Source: Holophagales bacterium (GTDB lineage: Bacteria; Acidobacteriota; Thermoanaerobaculia; Multivoradales; UBA5704). Taken from it: a stretch of 64,000 nt of DNA. Every line of letters starts with the position of its first letter. Position 1 is the first letter of the stretch. Positions 10,038 to 19,707 of the stretch are shown one piece after another. The stretch covers positions 64,007 to 128,006 of the forward strand of contig JANMTS010000105.1 in assembly GCA_031390755.1 (NCBI GenBank). Direction: 5' to 3'. Under the pieces are notes generated by a model. The model had not been told where the DNA came from and ran no database searches. It worked only from the letters and a program-made list of their open reading frames with translations. The position numbers and the translations under genes are program-made.

Positions 10038-12019
10038 TGAGAATCCTCATGTCAATCAAGCCGTCCAAGCCTGCCAAGCCCGTCAATACCGCCCTGGCCG
10101 CTCTCCTCTCGGCCATGACCCTTTGCGCTCCGGCCTTCGCCGGCGGCGCCCTCGAATCCCTCGACATCACCGGCAACGTCCCGTCCCCGGTCCCCGGCCA
10201 TATCGTGGCGCGGCTCGTCCCGATCAAGTGGGACTCCCGCTGCATCCCGGTCGGCTACAGGATGAACAACACCATCGACCCGATCCCCAATCCGCTCGGG
10301 GCTCCCGTCCTGACGCTCGCCGCGGCCACCACGGCGCTCCAGCAGTCGTTCGATCCGTGGAACAACATCAAGACGTCCTACATCAACATGAAGATCACGG
10401 GCACGGTCGCCAATCCCGGGCTGGCCGGCTTCGACATGGTCAACGAGCTGAGCTTCCGGACCGACGCGGCCTTCGCGGCGATCGCGGTCTCCCCCTCGGT
10501 CACGCTGATCCAGGACACCACCCTGGTCAACGGCGACGACATCGACGGCGACGGCGACTCGGACGTCTCGTCCGCGATCTCCGTGTGCGGCGACGCGGAC
10601 GGCGACGGCGACTTCGAGCTCCCCGCGGGCTTCTACAAGGCCGGCACGATCCTGGACAACGACGTCCAGTTCAACGTCAAGGTCTCCAACGGCTTCAAGT
10701 TCACGGTCAACGACGCCGACGCCGACGCGGTGACGCGCGCGGTGGACATCAAGGGCGTGGCCACGCACGAATTCGGCCACTCCCACGGCCTGTCGCACGT
10801 CCTGAACAATGTGATCGGCAGGACGGACGGCACGGGCGCCACGATGTTCCCCTTCATCGACACCGGCGATCCGGTGGCCGAGCTCTCCCAGCGCTCGCTG
10901 GACAACGACGACATCGCCTGGAGCTCGTACTTCTATCCCGAGGGCACCGCGGCCTCCGGTCCGGCCGCCCTCCAGGCCGGCGACCAGTCTTTCAGCTCCC
11001 GCTTCGGCCTGATCAAGGGCTCGGTGACGCACGGCGTGTTCGACGAGCCCGTCGCGGGCGCGAGCGTCTCGGCGACCGGCTTCCTGGACGGCGAGCTGTT
11101 CACGACCGGCTTCAGCGGCACCTCGCAGCTGTCGCTCGACCCGGCGACCGGCGACCTCTTCCTGGTCGACCCGTCGTTCAACATCCTGAACGGAAACTAC
11201 GTCCTGCCGGTGCGCACCGGCCTGTTCAACGTCGGCATCGAGGCGGTGGACGGCCAGCCGGTCACGGCCGGCGCGATCAGCTTCAACGCGCTGATCGGCG
11301 ACATCTTCGGCCAGCTGAACTTCGAGGAGGAGTACTGGACCCCGGGCGACTCGGCCAGCGAGGTCCGTCCGGGCCTGGCGGTTCCGGTCCCGGCCCTGGC
11401 CGGGCTCAACTTCAACAACGTCAACTTCATCACCAACGAGCAGCTCGCGATCGCCAACTTCGGCGCCCGCGACTTCATCGGCTTCACGGCGGCTCCGGCC
11501 GGCCGCTACTACGCGGTGCGGATCCCGGCGGCCGACGTCACGTCGCTCGATCCGGGCAACGACCTGGTGATGCAGGCGGCCACCTTCAACACGATCCTGG
11601 CGGACGCGTCGGTGGCGCCGATCTACGCCGAGGCGATGCTGACCACCGGCACGGTGAGCGGCGCCACGGCGACGATCAACCTCGCCCATCCGCTGGTGCG
11701 CGAGACCAGGTTCTTCGCCCAGGACAACGACAACTCGCCCCTCTACTTCCCGCTCCCCGAGGTGGTCAACGCGGCCGCGCGCTTCGGCATCCAGCACGGC
11801 AGCATCCAGAACCTGTTCCTGGTGCTGCGAGTGCCCACGACCGCGCCCTTCCCCGGCCCGTCGGCGGCGCCGCCGCTGATCGGTCTGGACGGCGGCGTCC
11901 CTGCCAACGACGCGCCGATCTTCGGCTACTCGTACGTCTCGGACGACGGCGGCGCGACGTTCACCCAGAACACGCAGTTCAACTTCATGTTCTCGCTGCT
12001 GTTCTCCGCCAAGCCCTGA
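10037..12019 (+). CDS. secreted zinc metalloprotease, matrixin/M10-like (HEFGHSHGLSH)
   Basis: ORF 9533..12019 trimmed to ATG 10037 (MRILMSIKPSKPAKPVNTALAALLSAMTLCAPAFA, a signal peptide). HExxHxxGxxH zinc motif; Asp-rich DGDGDSD calcium-like stretch. Confidence 0.8.
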   Translation: MRILMSIKPSKPAKPVNTALAALLSAMTLCAPAFAGGALESLDITGNVPSPVPGHIVARLVPIKWDSRCIPVGYRMNNTIDPIPNPLGAPVLTLAAATTALQQSFDPWNNIKTSYINMKITGTVANPGLAGFDMVNELSFRTDAAFAAIAVSPSVTLIQDTTLVNGDDIDGDGDSDVSSAISVCGDADGDGDFELPAGFYKAGTILDNDVQFNVKVSNGFKFTVNDADADAVTRAVDIKGVATHEFGHSHGLSHVLNNVIGRTDGTGATMFPFIDTGDPVAELSQRSLDNDDIAWSSYFYPEGTAASGPAALQAGDQSFSSRFGLIKGSVTHGVFDEPVAGASVSATGFLDGELFTTGFSGTSQLSLDPATGDLFLVDPSFNILNGNYVLPVRTGLFNVGIEAVDGQPVTAGAISFNALIGDIFGQLNFEEEYWTPGDSASEVRPGLAVPVPALAGLNFNNVNFITNEQLAIANFGARDFIGFTAAPAGRYYAVRIPAADVTSLDPGNDLVMQAATFNTILADASVAPIYAEAMLTTGTVSGATATINLAHPLVRETRFFAQDNDNSPLYFPLPEVVNAAARFGIQHGSIQNLFLVLRVPTTAPFPGPSAAPPLIGLDGGVPANDAPIFGYSYVSDDGGATFTQNTQFNFMFSLLFSAKP

Positions 12020-12102
12020 TCTCTTCCTTCTGAAAGCCACTGGATAGAACGAGGGGGGCGGCTCCGGCCGCTCCCCATTCGCTTCCGGCGGATCGTCCCG
12101 GG

Positions 12103-13653
12103 TCAGCCGCCTCCGGAGAGGATCCGGTAGGGCACGGTCCGCAGGATCTCCTCCAGGGACGTGATCCCGGTGCGCGCCTTCCGCAGGGCGTCGTCGAGCA
12201 GGGTCTTCATCCCCTTGCCGACGGCGGCGGCGCGGATCTGGTGGATCGGCGCCCGCTCGGCCACGAGGTCGGCCAGCTCGGAATCCAGCACGAACAGCTC
12301 GTAGAGGCCGAGGCGTCCCTTGTATCCGAGGCCGCCGCAGGTGAGGCAGCCGGGGTCGGGCCGCGCGGTGAAGAAAGGGCCGTCGTTCGCCGACAGCCCG
12401 AGTCGGCGGACCTCGCGCGAGCCGGGCTCGGCCTCCACCCGGCACTGCGGGCAGAGCTTGCGGACCAGGCGCTGGGACAGCGCTCCGAGCAGGCAGCCCG
12501 CGATGAGGCCGGGATCGGCGCCGAGGGTCAGGAGGCGGGAGACGGTGCGCACGGCGTCCGTGGTGTGAAGCGTCGAGAGCACGAGGTGCCCGGTCTGGGC
12601 CGCGCGGATGGCGGCGCTGGCGGTGTCCTCGTCGCGCACCTCGCCGATGAGGATGATGTCCGGGTTCTGGCGCATGAAGGCGCGGGCGTAGTCGGCGAAT
12701 CCCATGTTCGAGCTGATCTGCTTCTGGTTGGTCTTCTCGAAGTGGTACTCGATGGGATCCTCGACGGTGAGGATCTTGTTCTCCGGCGTGTTGACCCGGT
12801 CGAGCGCGGCGTAGAGAGTGGTCGTCTTGCCGCTGCCGGTGGGGCCGGTGACCAGGATGAGCCCCTCGGGGTTGTCGACGAGCCGCTGGAAGGTCGCGAG
12901 CTCCTCGTCGCCGAGGCCGAGCTGCTCCAAGGGGACGGGCGAAGCGCTGTCGAGGATGCGCATCACGGCGTCCTCGCCGAACGGTCCGGGCACGACGGAC
13001 AGCCGGAAGTCCACGTCGCGGCGCCTGTCCCGCTGGTCGCCAGCCCGCGGAGTCTCGAACGTCGCCTGGATGCGGCCGTCCTGGGCCCTGCGCCGCTCGG
13101 CCACGTCGAGTCCGGAGAGCACCTTGAGCCGGTTCAAAACGGCCTGGATGTTCTCGCGGGAAAGCGACGTCCCGACCTGGCGAAGGATGCCGTCGACCCG
13201 GAAGCGCACGTCCACGTCATTCTCATAGCACTCGATGTGGACGTCGCTGGCCTTGAGGTCCACGGCCTTGCCGAGGATCTCGTCGAGCAGCTCCGGCACC
13301 TCGCCTTCGCGCTCGAAGGAGATCTCGCGCACCGGCCGGAGCACGATCCGGCTGCGGCTCTCTTCCAGAAGGCCATACCCTTCGTCGAGAGCGCGGCGGA
13401 TCTCCCAGGAGTTGAGCCGCACCGCCTGAACCGGCCGTCCGAGGATCTTCGACACCGCATGCACGAGCGGCCGGCGCGACGGATCGAGCATCCCCACCGC
13501 GATCGGATCCCGGCTCTCCCGGTCCACGACCCCGAGGATCACCACGTCATGCTTCAAGCAGTAATCGCGGTCGAGCATCCGGACCGACCGGGGGTCGGTC
13601 TCGAACTGGGACAGCTCGGTGAAGCCTGGGGCGGGGGGCGGAGTGTCTTCCAT
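12103..13653 (-). CDS. GspE/PilB-family secretion ATPase (orphan)
   Basis: ORF 12103..13671 (the track start is a TTG); I prefer ATG 13653-13651 (MEDTPPP). T2SSE N-terminal domain, Walker A VTGPTGSGKTTT, C-terminal CxxC...CxxC tetracysteine motif. Confidence 0.9.
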   Translation of the reverse strand: MEDTPPPAPGFTELSQFETDPRSVRMLDRDYCLKHDVVILGVVDRESRDPIAVGMLDPSRRPLVHAVSKILGRPVQAVRLNSWEIRRALDEGYGLLEESRSRIVLRPVREISFEREGEVPELLDEILGKAVDLKASDVHIECYENDVDVRFRVDGILRQVGTSLSRENIQAVLNRLKVLSGLDVAERRRAQDGRIQATFETPRAGDQRDRRRDVDFRLSVVPGPFGEDAVMRILDSASPVPLEQLGLGDEELATFQRLVDNPEGLILVTGPTGSGKTTTLYAALDRVNTPENKILTVEDPIEYHFEKTNQKQISSNMGFADYARAFMRQNPDIILIGEVRDEDTASAAIRAAQTGHLVLSTLHTTDAVRTVSRLLTLGADPGLIAGCLLGALSQRLVRKLCPQCRVEAEPGSREVRRLGLSANDGPFFTARPDPGCLTCGGLGYKGRLGLYELFVLDSELADLVAERAPIHQIRAAAVGKGMKTLLDDALRKARTGITSLEEILRTVPYRILSGGG

Positions 13654-13667
13654 GATGATCCTTCGAT

Positions 13668-14081
13668 TCAAAGAAACGGGTTGATCACGGTCGTCTCACC
13701 GTAGCGGCGTCCATGCTGGAGGTCTTCCGTGTAGAGCACGGAGCAGCCGGAACGGATCGCGGTCCGCACCAGCAGCGCATCCCAGAAGGAGGTCTGATGC
13801 TCGGCATGGAGGTCGATCGCGCCGAGGATGTCGTCGCGTCCGACGACAACCAGCTCCATGCGCGAGAAAAGCTCGATCTTGCGGCGGGCGACCTCGACCG
13901 GAACGCCCAGCTTCCGGGTGGCGGTGACGAAATACTCCTGGAGGATCTGGGTCGAGAGAACCCCCGAGCCCTCCCTGCGGAGGCGCTCCAGCAATTCGAG
14001 AGCGCGCTGTTGCTTTTCGGGTTCCCGGCGGTCGTCCGTGTAAGCGAGGACGTTGGTGTCCAGGAAGCTAGTGCCGCTCAT
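13668..14081 (-). CDS. vapC: PIN-domain toxin VapC
   Basis: ORF track, 137 aa. FLDTNVL...D start, conserved acidic residues. Overlaps the upstream antitoxin gene by 14 nt. Confidence 0.85.
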   Translation of the reverse strand: MSGTSFLDTNVLAYTDDRREPEKQQRALELLERLRREGSGVLSTQILQEYFVTATRKLGVPVEVARRKIELFSRMELVVVGRDDILGAIDLHAEHQTSFWDALLVRTAIRSGCSVLYTEDLQHGRRYGETTVINPFL

Positions 14082-14286
14082 GCAGCTCGTCCCGGTTGAA
14101 CCTCCATCCTCCGGAATCGCCCTGCCCGGAGAGGCGCCGAAGCTCGGCCATCTCCGCGTCGATCTGCTGGGACGTCAGCCGGTGCAGGTAGTCCTGAATG
14201 AGCTGATCGACGCTCGTTCCGAGGCTCATGGCCACCTTGCGCGCCTCTTCGGCGAGATGGTCATCAATGGAGAGATGCAGGGTCAT
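14068..14286 (-). CDS. ribbon-helix-helix antitoxin (VapB-like)
   Basis: ORF track, 72 aa. MTLHLSIDDHLAEEARKVAMSLGTSVDQLIQDYL is an RHH pattern. GAGGAG RBS and a TAGAAT -10-like box lie upstream on the minus strand. Confidence 0.7.
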   Translation of the reverse strand: MTLHLSIDDHLAEEARKVAMSLGTSVDQLIQDYLHRLTSQQIDAEMAELRRLSGQGDSGGWRFNRDELHERH

Positions 14287-14360
14287 GGCTATCTCCTCTC
14301 AGCTTCAATTCTACCTTTGCCTTATCCAGGGTGCGAGACTGCCCATGTTACCCTGCCCTC

Positions 14361-15443
14361 ATGAAGCCCGACGAGACCACCGGCCTGTTCCTTTCCCTGA
14401 CTCCCGAAACGGTGCTTGCCGCGGTCGAGGCGGGGGGGCTCCAGTGCAATCCGGTCTGCTATCCCCTGAACTCGTTCGAGAACCGGGTCTACGAGGTCGA
14501 GCTGGCGGACCGGACGCGGGTGGTCGCCAAGTTCTACCGGCCGGGGCGCTGGAGCGAGGAGCAGCTGCTCGAAGAGCATCAGTTCCTCGAGGATCTGGCG
14601 GCCGACGAGCTGGAGGTCTGCACGATGCGGCCGTTTCCGGGCGGCGGCACGCTACGCCGGATCGAGGGCATCTGGTATGCGCTCTCCGACCGCCGGGGCG
14701 GCCGGGCGCCCGACGAGCTGGCCGACGCGGCGGCCCGGCGGCTCGGCATGCTGGTGGGCCGGATGCACAACGTCGCCGCGCGTCGGATGACTGAGCACCG
14801 GGTCCGCATGAACGCGGACACCTACATCCGCGACAACGTGGACTGGCTGGCCGAGCACGACTCCGTGCCGCAGCACGTCCGGGACCGCTACTTCGACGCG
14901 GCCTTCGACATCGCGGACATCGCCGAGCGCCGGCTGGCGGACGTGCCCGTCCATCGCCTGCACGGCGATCTCCACCTCGGCAACATCCTGATCCGCGAAG
15001 GTCTCCTGCGCGTCCTGGACCTCGACGACATGGTGATCGGCCCCGCGGTGCAGGATCTCTGGCTGGCCCTCCCCGGCCGCGACGCCTGGAGCCTGCGGCA
15101 GCGCGAGGTCTTCCTCGAAGGCTACGAGCAGTTCCGGGAGTTCGACCGCTCGACGCTCGGCCTGATCGAGATCCTGCGCGGCATGCGGGTCATCCACTAC
15201 GCCACCTGGCTCGCGAAGCGCTGGCACGATCCGGCCTTCCCAGCGGCCTGGCCCCAGTTCGGGACCACCGACTACTGGACGCGCGAGACCGAGGATCTGG
15301 TCGAGCAGCTCGCGGTGATCCGCGGCGAGCTGACTCCCGAGCAAGGGGGCTTCTCGCCCGAAGAGTCATTGAAGGATGAGGAGCCCGTCCTCACCAACAA
15401 GGACTACTTCTGGGACTGGGACGAGGGCGACAAGCCCTCCTGA
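14361..15443 (+). CDS. srkA: stress-response Ser/Thr kinase SrkA (YihE/RdoA family)
   Basis: ORF 14331..15443 trimmed to ATG 14361. NSFENRVYEV..., FYRPGRWS..., HGDLHLGNIL and DLDD motifs. Confidence 0.8.
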   Translation: MKPDETTGLFLSLTPETVLAAVEAGGLQCNPVCYPLNSFENRVYEVELADRTRVVAKFYRPGRWSEEQLLEEHQFLEDLAADELEVCTMRPFPGGGTLRRIEGIWYALSDRRGGRAPDELADAAARRLGMLVGRMHNVAARRMTEHRVRMNADTYIRDNVDWLAEHDSVPQHVRDRYFDAAFDIADIAERRLADVPVHRLHGDLHLGNILIREGLLRVLDLDDMVIGPAVQDLWLALPGRDAWSLRQREVFLEGYEQFREFDRSTLGLIEILRGMRVIHYATWLAKRWHDPAFPAAWPQFGTTDYWTRETEDLVEQLAVIRGELTPEQGGFSPEESLKDEEPVLTNKDYFWDWDEGDKPS

Positions 15444-15448
15444 AACCC

Positions 15449-15476
15449 GGGCGGCCACAAGGGCCGCCCCTACAGG
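15449..15476. repeat. dispersed hairpin element, family 2 (GGGCNNCCACAAGGGNNGCCCCTACAG); probable bidirectional terminator
   Basis: GGGCGGCC-acaag-GGCCGCCC followed by CTACAG, between the convergent srkA and membrane-protein genes. The CTACAG part supplies the TAG stop of the minus-strand gene. Same family as 54582-54674. Confidence 0.7.
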
Positions 15477-17014
15477 CTCTGGTAGGACAGCAGATTGTCG
15501 ACGACCGTCTGGACGTTGCGGTCGTGGACCAGGTGGTCGAGCTGGATGCAGAGATCGTCGGCGCCCAGCGCCTTCTCGACCGCCGTCTTCCTGGCGCGTT
15601 TCTCCTCCGGGCTCAGGTCGTCCCCCTGCGGAAAGGCCGGCGCGATCCCCACCGCGCCCCAGCGATCGGTCCATGCGCTCCGTCCTCTCGTATAGAGGAC
15701 GACATCGCTGGCGCTGAAGAGGGGAATCTTGGCGAGCTTGTCCGCGGCCTCGGCTCCCAGGACGTGGACGAGCACCGCCCGATCCACGGCGCGCACCAGC
15801 ACCCCCGGATTCATCCCGAGATCGACGAGGAGCTGGTCGAGGCTCGCCTTGGCGAGATCGTTGAAATCGTTGATCCCCAGCTCCTGAAGCGTGGTCTCCT
15901 TCCAGAAGTCGATCTCGGGGATGGTCTTGAAGGCCGAGGACCCCTCGTTCGACAGCCGGTCGACCGTGGTCTGGGTCAGCTTGGCAATGGCCTGGAAACC
16001 GGCCTGGGGGAAGATGCCGACCGCGAAGACCAGCGCCCGCGACAGGCCGCTCTCCTCGCCGATCGACGCCAGCACCCAGCCCAGCAGGGCGACCGAGATC
16101 CCCCGCAGGAACAGCGGCACGAAGATCCGGTCGTTCAGGTCGTGGGTGGTGTAGCGGCGGATGAAGAGAGTCAGCGAGTAGAGGTAGAAGCCGGCGAAGC
16201 CCACGGAGAACACCGGCGCGTTCTGGAACGCGATGAGAATGAAGGGATAGGTCGGCTCGCCGGGGATGGCATTGCGGACCAGGTACTCGCCGATCGCCAT
16301 GGCCTTCACGCCCACCGGCGCGACCAGGTACATCGTGCCGTAGCCCAGAAGAAGCGCGAAGCCGAGGCGCCGCCAGAAGAACCGGTGCTTCTGCTCGGTC
16401 AGGAGCTGGAGGTAGCGGCGGTACCAGACGTGGCCGGCGAAGGTCGTGGGCCGGCCCGCGGTCGCCACCTGCTCGATGCCCTCCGCGGCCCGGAGGAAGC
16501 TCGACAGGCAGAGGGCCGGGAAGAAGATGACGAGCAGGGCCTGGGCTCCGGCAGGGAAGGCGGCGTGCCCCATCAGCAGCAATCGGGTCTCGCGCTCGAA
16601 ACGGTCGAGCCGCGAGGCGTTGTCCTTCCCGGGGATGCGATCCAGCTCCTTGGCGACGACGCGGACCAGCGACTCGTAACGGAGCGCCGCCGCCTCGTCG
16701 TGGGAGTCGCCATAGACCTCGACGGCCAGGCGGTGGGCCAGCTGGCTGACGGGCTCGACCGGGCCGTCCGCGGGAGTCAGGGTCTTGACGGCCAGGTCCC
16801 GGAGATCGCGGCCGGCGTCGTAAGCGCCGAAGAGCAGATGACCGAGCCCGATCAGCACGGCGAGCAGGAACGGCACCAGCACCCGCCAGGCCGCCCGCCG
16901 TGCCTGCTTCCGCGCCCAGAGAACCTCCTCCCGGCGAGCCTTCTCCGCCTCCGCCTGGGGAGGCAGGGCCAGCACCGGCAGCTCCGACGTTTCCCGCTCG
17001 ACCTTGGTGCGCAT
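15470..17014 (-). CDS. hypothetical polytopic membrane protein
   Basis: ORF 15470..17173 trimmed to ATG 17014-17012 (MRTKVERE), which has a GGAGGGAGG RBS. Multiple TM helices. No recognisable family. Confidence 0.65.
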   Translation of the reverse strand: MRTKVERETSELPVLALPPQAEAEKARREEVLWARKQARRAAWRVLVPFLLAVLIGLGHLLFGAYDAGRDLRDLAVKTLTPADGPVEPVSQLAHRLAVEVYGDSHDEAAALRYESLVRVVAKELDRIPGKDNASRLDRFERETRLLLMGHAAFPAGAQALLVIFFPALCLSSFLRAAEGIEQVATAGRPTTFAGHVWYRRYLQLLTEQKHRFFWRRLGFALLLGYGTMYLVAPVGVKAMAIGEYLVRNAIPGEPTYPFILIAFQNAPVFSVGFAGFYLYSLTLFIRRYTTHDLNDRIFVPLFLRGISVALLGWVLASIGEESGLSRALVFAVGIFPQAGFQAIAKLTQTTVDRLSNEGSSAFKTIPEIDFWKETTLQELGINDFNDLAKASLDQLLVDLGMNPGVLVRAVDRAVLVHVLGAEAADKLAKIPLFSASDVVLYTRGRSAWTDRWGAVGIAPAFPQGDDLSPEEKRARKTAVEKALGADDLCIQLDHLVHDRNVQTVVDNLLSYQSL

Positions 17015-17171
17015 TCGTTCCTCCCTCCCAGGAGGCGCACGCCGCCGTCCCGTCGTTACCGGACTTTGGCAGATTCTACAGATTCCGGCCACGCCGAGGG
17101 AGACGGCCGAGGGAGACGGGTGTGTTACCATCCCGGCCGCATTTAATCCCGCCCGAGATGGGTCTCCCACC

Positions 17172-18341
17172 ATGATGAAGACGACCGCGCGCCCGACCTT
17201 CCTCAGAGGAATTCTCCCGCTGGCCTTCGGCCTCCTCGCGGCGGCAGGGCTCCATGCTCAGGTTCCGGCCGTCGAGACGCCCCCGGCCGCCGCCCGCCCA
17301 ACCACCCGGGCAACCGCGATGATGGAGGAGCTCCGCGTCCAGGTCGGCAGCCCCGGTCTCTCCGCGGCCGTCGCCGTCGGCGGCGAGTTGGTCTGGGCCG
17401 AAGGCTTCGGCCTCGCCGACGAAGAGGGCAAGGTTCCGGTCCGGCCCGCGACCCGGTTCCGCGTCGGCAGCCTGTCCAAGCTCATCACGGTCGCGGCCGT
17501 AGTGCGCCTCGTCGAGGAGGGCAAGCTCGACCTTGATGCGCCGGTCCAGCGCTATGTTCCCGGATTTCCCGGATTTCCCAGCTTTCCCGAGCAGGGCCCG
17601 GAGAAAGCCCAGCCGATCACGCCGCGCCTGCTCGCCGGCCACCTGTCGGGCATCCGGCATTACGCTCTGCCGGATCTCGCCCTGCCGGTCCGGCACTACG
17701 ACCGCCTCGCCGACGGGCTCGAGATCTTCCAGAAGGATCCGCTCGTTCATCCGCCGGGCACGGCGTATCTCTATTCGAGCTACGGCTTCAATCTCCTCGG
17801 CGTCGTGGTCGAAGCGGTCCAGGGCAAGGACTTCCCGGCCGCGGTCGAAGAGCTGGTGCTCGGCCCGCTGAAGCTGAACGCCACCGAGGTCGACGAGCCG
17901 TCCTGGGTGATGGTGGGACGCGCCCGCTTCTACCGGCGCGCCGCCGACGGCCGGCTGTTCAACGAGAAGGCGATCGACAGCAGCTACAAGTGGCCCTCGG
18001 GCGGCTTCCTCTCGAGCGGTCCCGATCTCGTGCGGTTCGGCTCGGCCCACCTTCGGGACGGCTTCCTGAAGCCGGAGACCCGGACGCTGCTCTTCACCTC
18101 GCAGCACACGGCGGACGGCACGACGGAAGGCAAACCGACCGGGGTCGGGATCGGCTGGCGCATCGGCACAGACAAGGCGGGGCGTCGGATCTACCACCAT
18201 GGCGGCGCCATCGAAGGCGGCCGGGCCTTCCTCCTGCTCTATCCGGACGAAGGGATCGCCGTGGCGATCCTCGCGAACCTCTCCGGGGCGCGCTTTGCCG
18301 AGGACGAGGCACAGAAGCTGGCAGAGCTGTTCATGAAGTGA
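17172..18341 (+). CDS. serine hydrolase, beta-lactamase (class C-related) family
   Basis: ORF 17004..18341 trimmed to ATG 17172 (MMKTTARPTFLRGILPLAFGLLAAAGLHA, a signal peptide). SxxK motif in FRVGSLSKL; YSSYGFN. Confidence 0.8.
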   Translation: MMKTTARPTFLRGILPLAFGLLAAAGLHAQVPAVETPPAAARPTTRATAMMEELRVQVGSPGLSAAVAVGGELVWAEGFGLADEEGKVPVRPATRFRVGSLSKLITVAAVVRLVEEGKLDLDAPVQRYVPGFPGFPSFPEQGPEKAQPITPRLLAGHLSGIRHYALPDLALPVRHYDRLADGLEIFQKDPLVHPPGTAYLYSSYGFNLLGVVVEAVQGKDFPAAVEELVLGPLKLNATEVDEPSWVMVGRARFYRRAADGRLFNEKAIDSSYKWPSGGFLSSGPDLVRFGSAHLRDGFLKPETRTLLFTSQHTADGTTEGKPTGVGIGWRIGTDKAGRRIYHHGGAIEGGRAFLLLYPDEGIAVAILANLSGARFAEDEAQKLAELFMK

Positions 18342-18380
18342 ATCGAATCGAGAGGGAAGCCTGTCCCTCCTGGAGATCCC

Positions 18381-19355
18381 ATGGAAATGTACAACGACAT
18401 TCTCGAGACCCTGGGGAACACCCCGCTCGTCAAGCTTGGCCGGTTCCACACCGGCCCGTCCACGCTCGCCGCCAAGGTGGAGTATTTCAATCCCGGCGGC
18501 AGCGTGAAGGACCGCATCGGCATCGCGATGATCGAGGCGGGCGAGAAGTCCGGCCAGCTCAAGCCGGGCGGCACGATCGTCGAGCCCACCTCGGGCAACA
18601 CCGGCGCGGGCCTGGCGCTCGCCGCCAACCTGCGCGGCTACAAGCTCATCTGCACCGCGGCCGAGAAGATCCCCAAGGAGAAAGTCGCGCTGCTGGAGGC
18701 GTTCGGCGCCACGGTGATCTCCTGCCCCACGAACGTGGAGGCGAGCGATCCGCGCTCCTACTACAAGGTCGCCGAGCGGCTGCGGGACGAGGAGGGCGCC
18801 TACCTCCCCTATCAGTATTACAACCAGGCGAATCCCGAGGCCCACTACCGCTCCACGGGTCCGGAGATCTGGCGCCAGACCGACGGCAAGGTCACCCACT
18901 GGGTGGCCGGCGTCGGCACCGGCGGCACGATCAGCGGCACGGCGAAGTACCTCAAGGAGCAGAACCCGAACGTCCAGGTGTTCGGCATCGACACGGTGGG
19001 CAGCGTCTACGCCTACTACTTCAAGCACCGCGAGCTGCCGCCGGAAGACCAGATCCACCAGTACCTGATCGACGGCATCGGCGAGGACTTCATGCCCACG
19101 GCCGTCTGGTGGGACTACATCGACGGCATCATCACGGTCGACGACAAGACGGCCTACCAGGCGACGATCGAGATGGCCAGGAAGGAGTCGATCTTCACCG
19201 GCTCCTCCGGCGGCGCCGCCGTGGCCGGAGCGCGCCAGCTGGCGCAGAGCCTCGGCGAGGACGCCCTCGTCGTGACGCTGCTGCCGGACTCGGGTGAGCG
19301 CTACCTCTCCAAGTTCAACAAGGAATGGCTGACCGCGAAAGGACTGCTGGACTGA
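18381..19355 (+). CDS. PLP-dependent cysteine synthase / cystathionine beta-synthase family enzyme
   Basis: ORF track, 324 aa. LGNTPLVKL, NPGGSVKDR, TSGNTGAGLA and GVGTGGTISG motifs. Confidence 0.85.
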   Translation: MEMYNDILETLGNTPLVKLGRFHTGPSTLAAKVEYFNPGGSVKDRIGIAMIEAGEKSGQLKPGGTIVEPTSGNTGAGLALAANLRGYKLICTAAEKIPKEKVALLEAFGATVISCPTNVEASDPRSYYKVAERLRDEEGAYLPYQYYNQANPEAHYRSTGPEIWRQTDGKVTHWVAGVGTGGTISGTAKYLKEQNPNVQVFGIDTVGSVYAYYFKHRELPPEDQIHQYLIDGIGEDFMPTAVWWDYIDGIITVDDKTAYQATIEMARKESIFTGSSGGAAVAGARQLAQSLGEDALVVTLLPDSGERYLSKFNKEWLTAKGLLD

Positions 19356-19669
19356 TGTACATCGCAATGAATCGTTTTCAGGTGAACGCCGGTTTCGAGG
19401 ACGGCTTCGAGCAGATGTGGCGGAGCCGCGACAGCTATCTGAACGAGGTCGCCGGCTTCAAGGACTTCCACCTCCTCCGCGGCGCCACCGCGGATGGCAC
19501 TACGACCTTGGTCACCACCTTCGTCTCGCACTCCACCTGGGAGTCGCGCGACGCCTTCGTCGCCTGGACGGAGTCGGAGGCCTTCCGCAAGGCCCACGGC
19601 GACGCCCGCTCGCCGCAGGGGACGCTCGCCGGGCACCCGGTGTTCGAGGGGTACGAGGTGATTCTCTAG
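19355..19669 (+). CDS. antibiotic-biosynthesis-monooxygenase (ABM/IsdG-like) domain protein
   Basis: ORF 19325..19669 trimmed to ATG 19355 (MYIAMNRFQVN...), a TGATG overlap with the upstream gene. About 104 aa, typical ABM size and pattern. Confidence 0.6.
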   Translation: MYIAMNRFQVNAGFEDGFEQMWRSRDSYLNEVAGFKDFHLLRGATADGTTTLVTTFVSHSTWESRDAFVAWTESEAFRKAHGDARSPQGTLAGHPVFEGYEVIL

Positions 19670-19707
19670 TCGATTCGGGAATCGCGGGCGGCCGCGGCCG
19701 AGTGTAC

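Noticed and set aside
10052-12445. 797-aa minus-strand ORF across the metalloprotease gene (and the parallel 702-aa + frame ORF 9925..12033)
   Set aside because: These are Arg/Gly/Asp/Pro-rich shadow frames. The frame carrying a signal peptide and HEFGHSHGLSH is the real one.
17076-19367. 763-aa minus-strand ORF spanning the beta-lactamase-family and cysteine-synthase genes
   Set aside because: It spans two well-supported + strand genes and their intergenic gap, and has shadow-frame composition.
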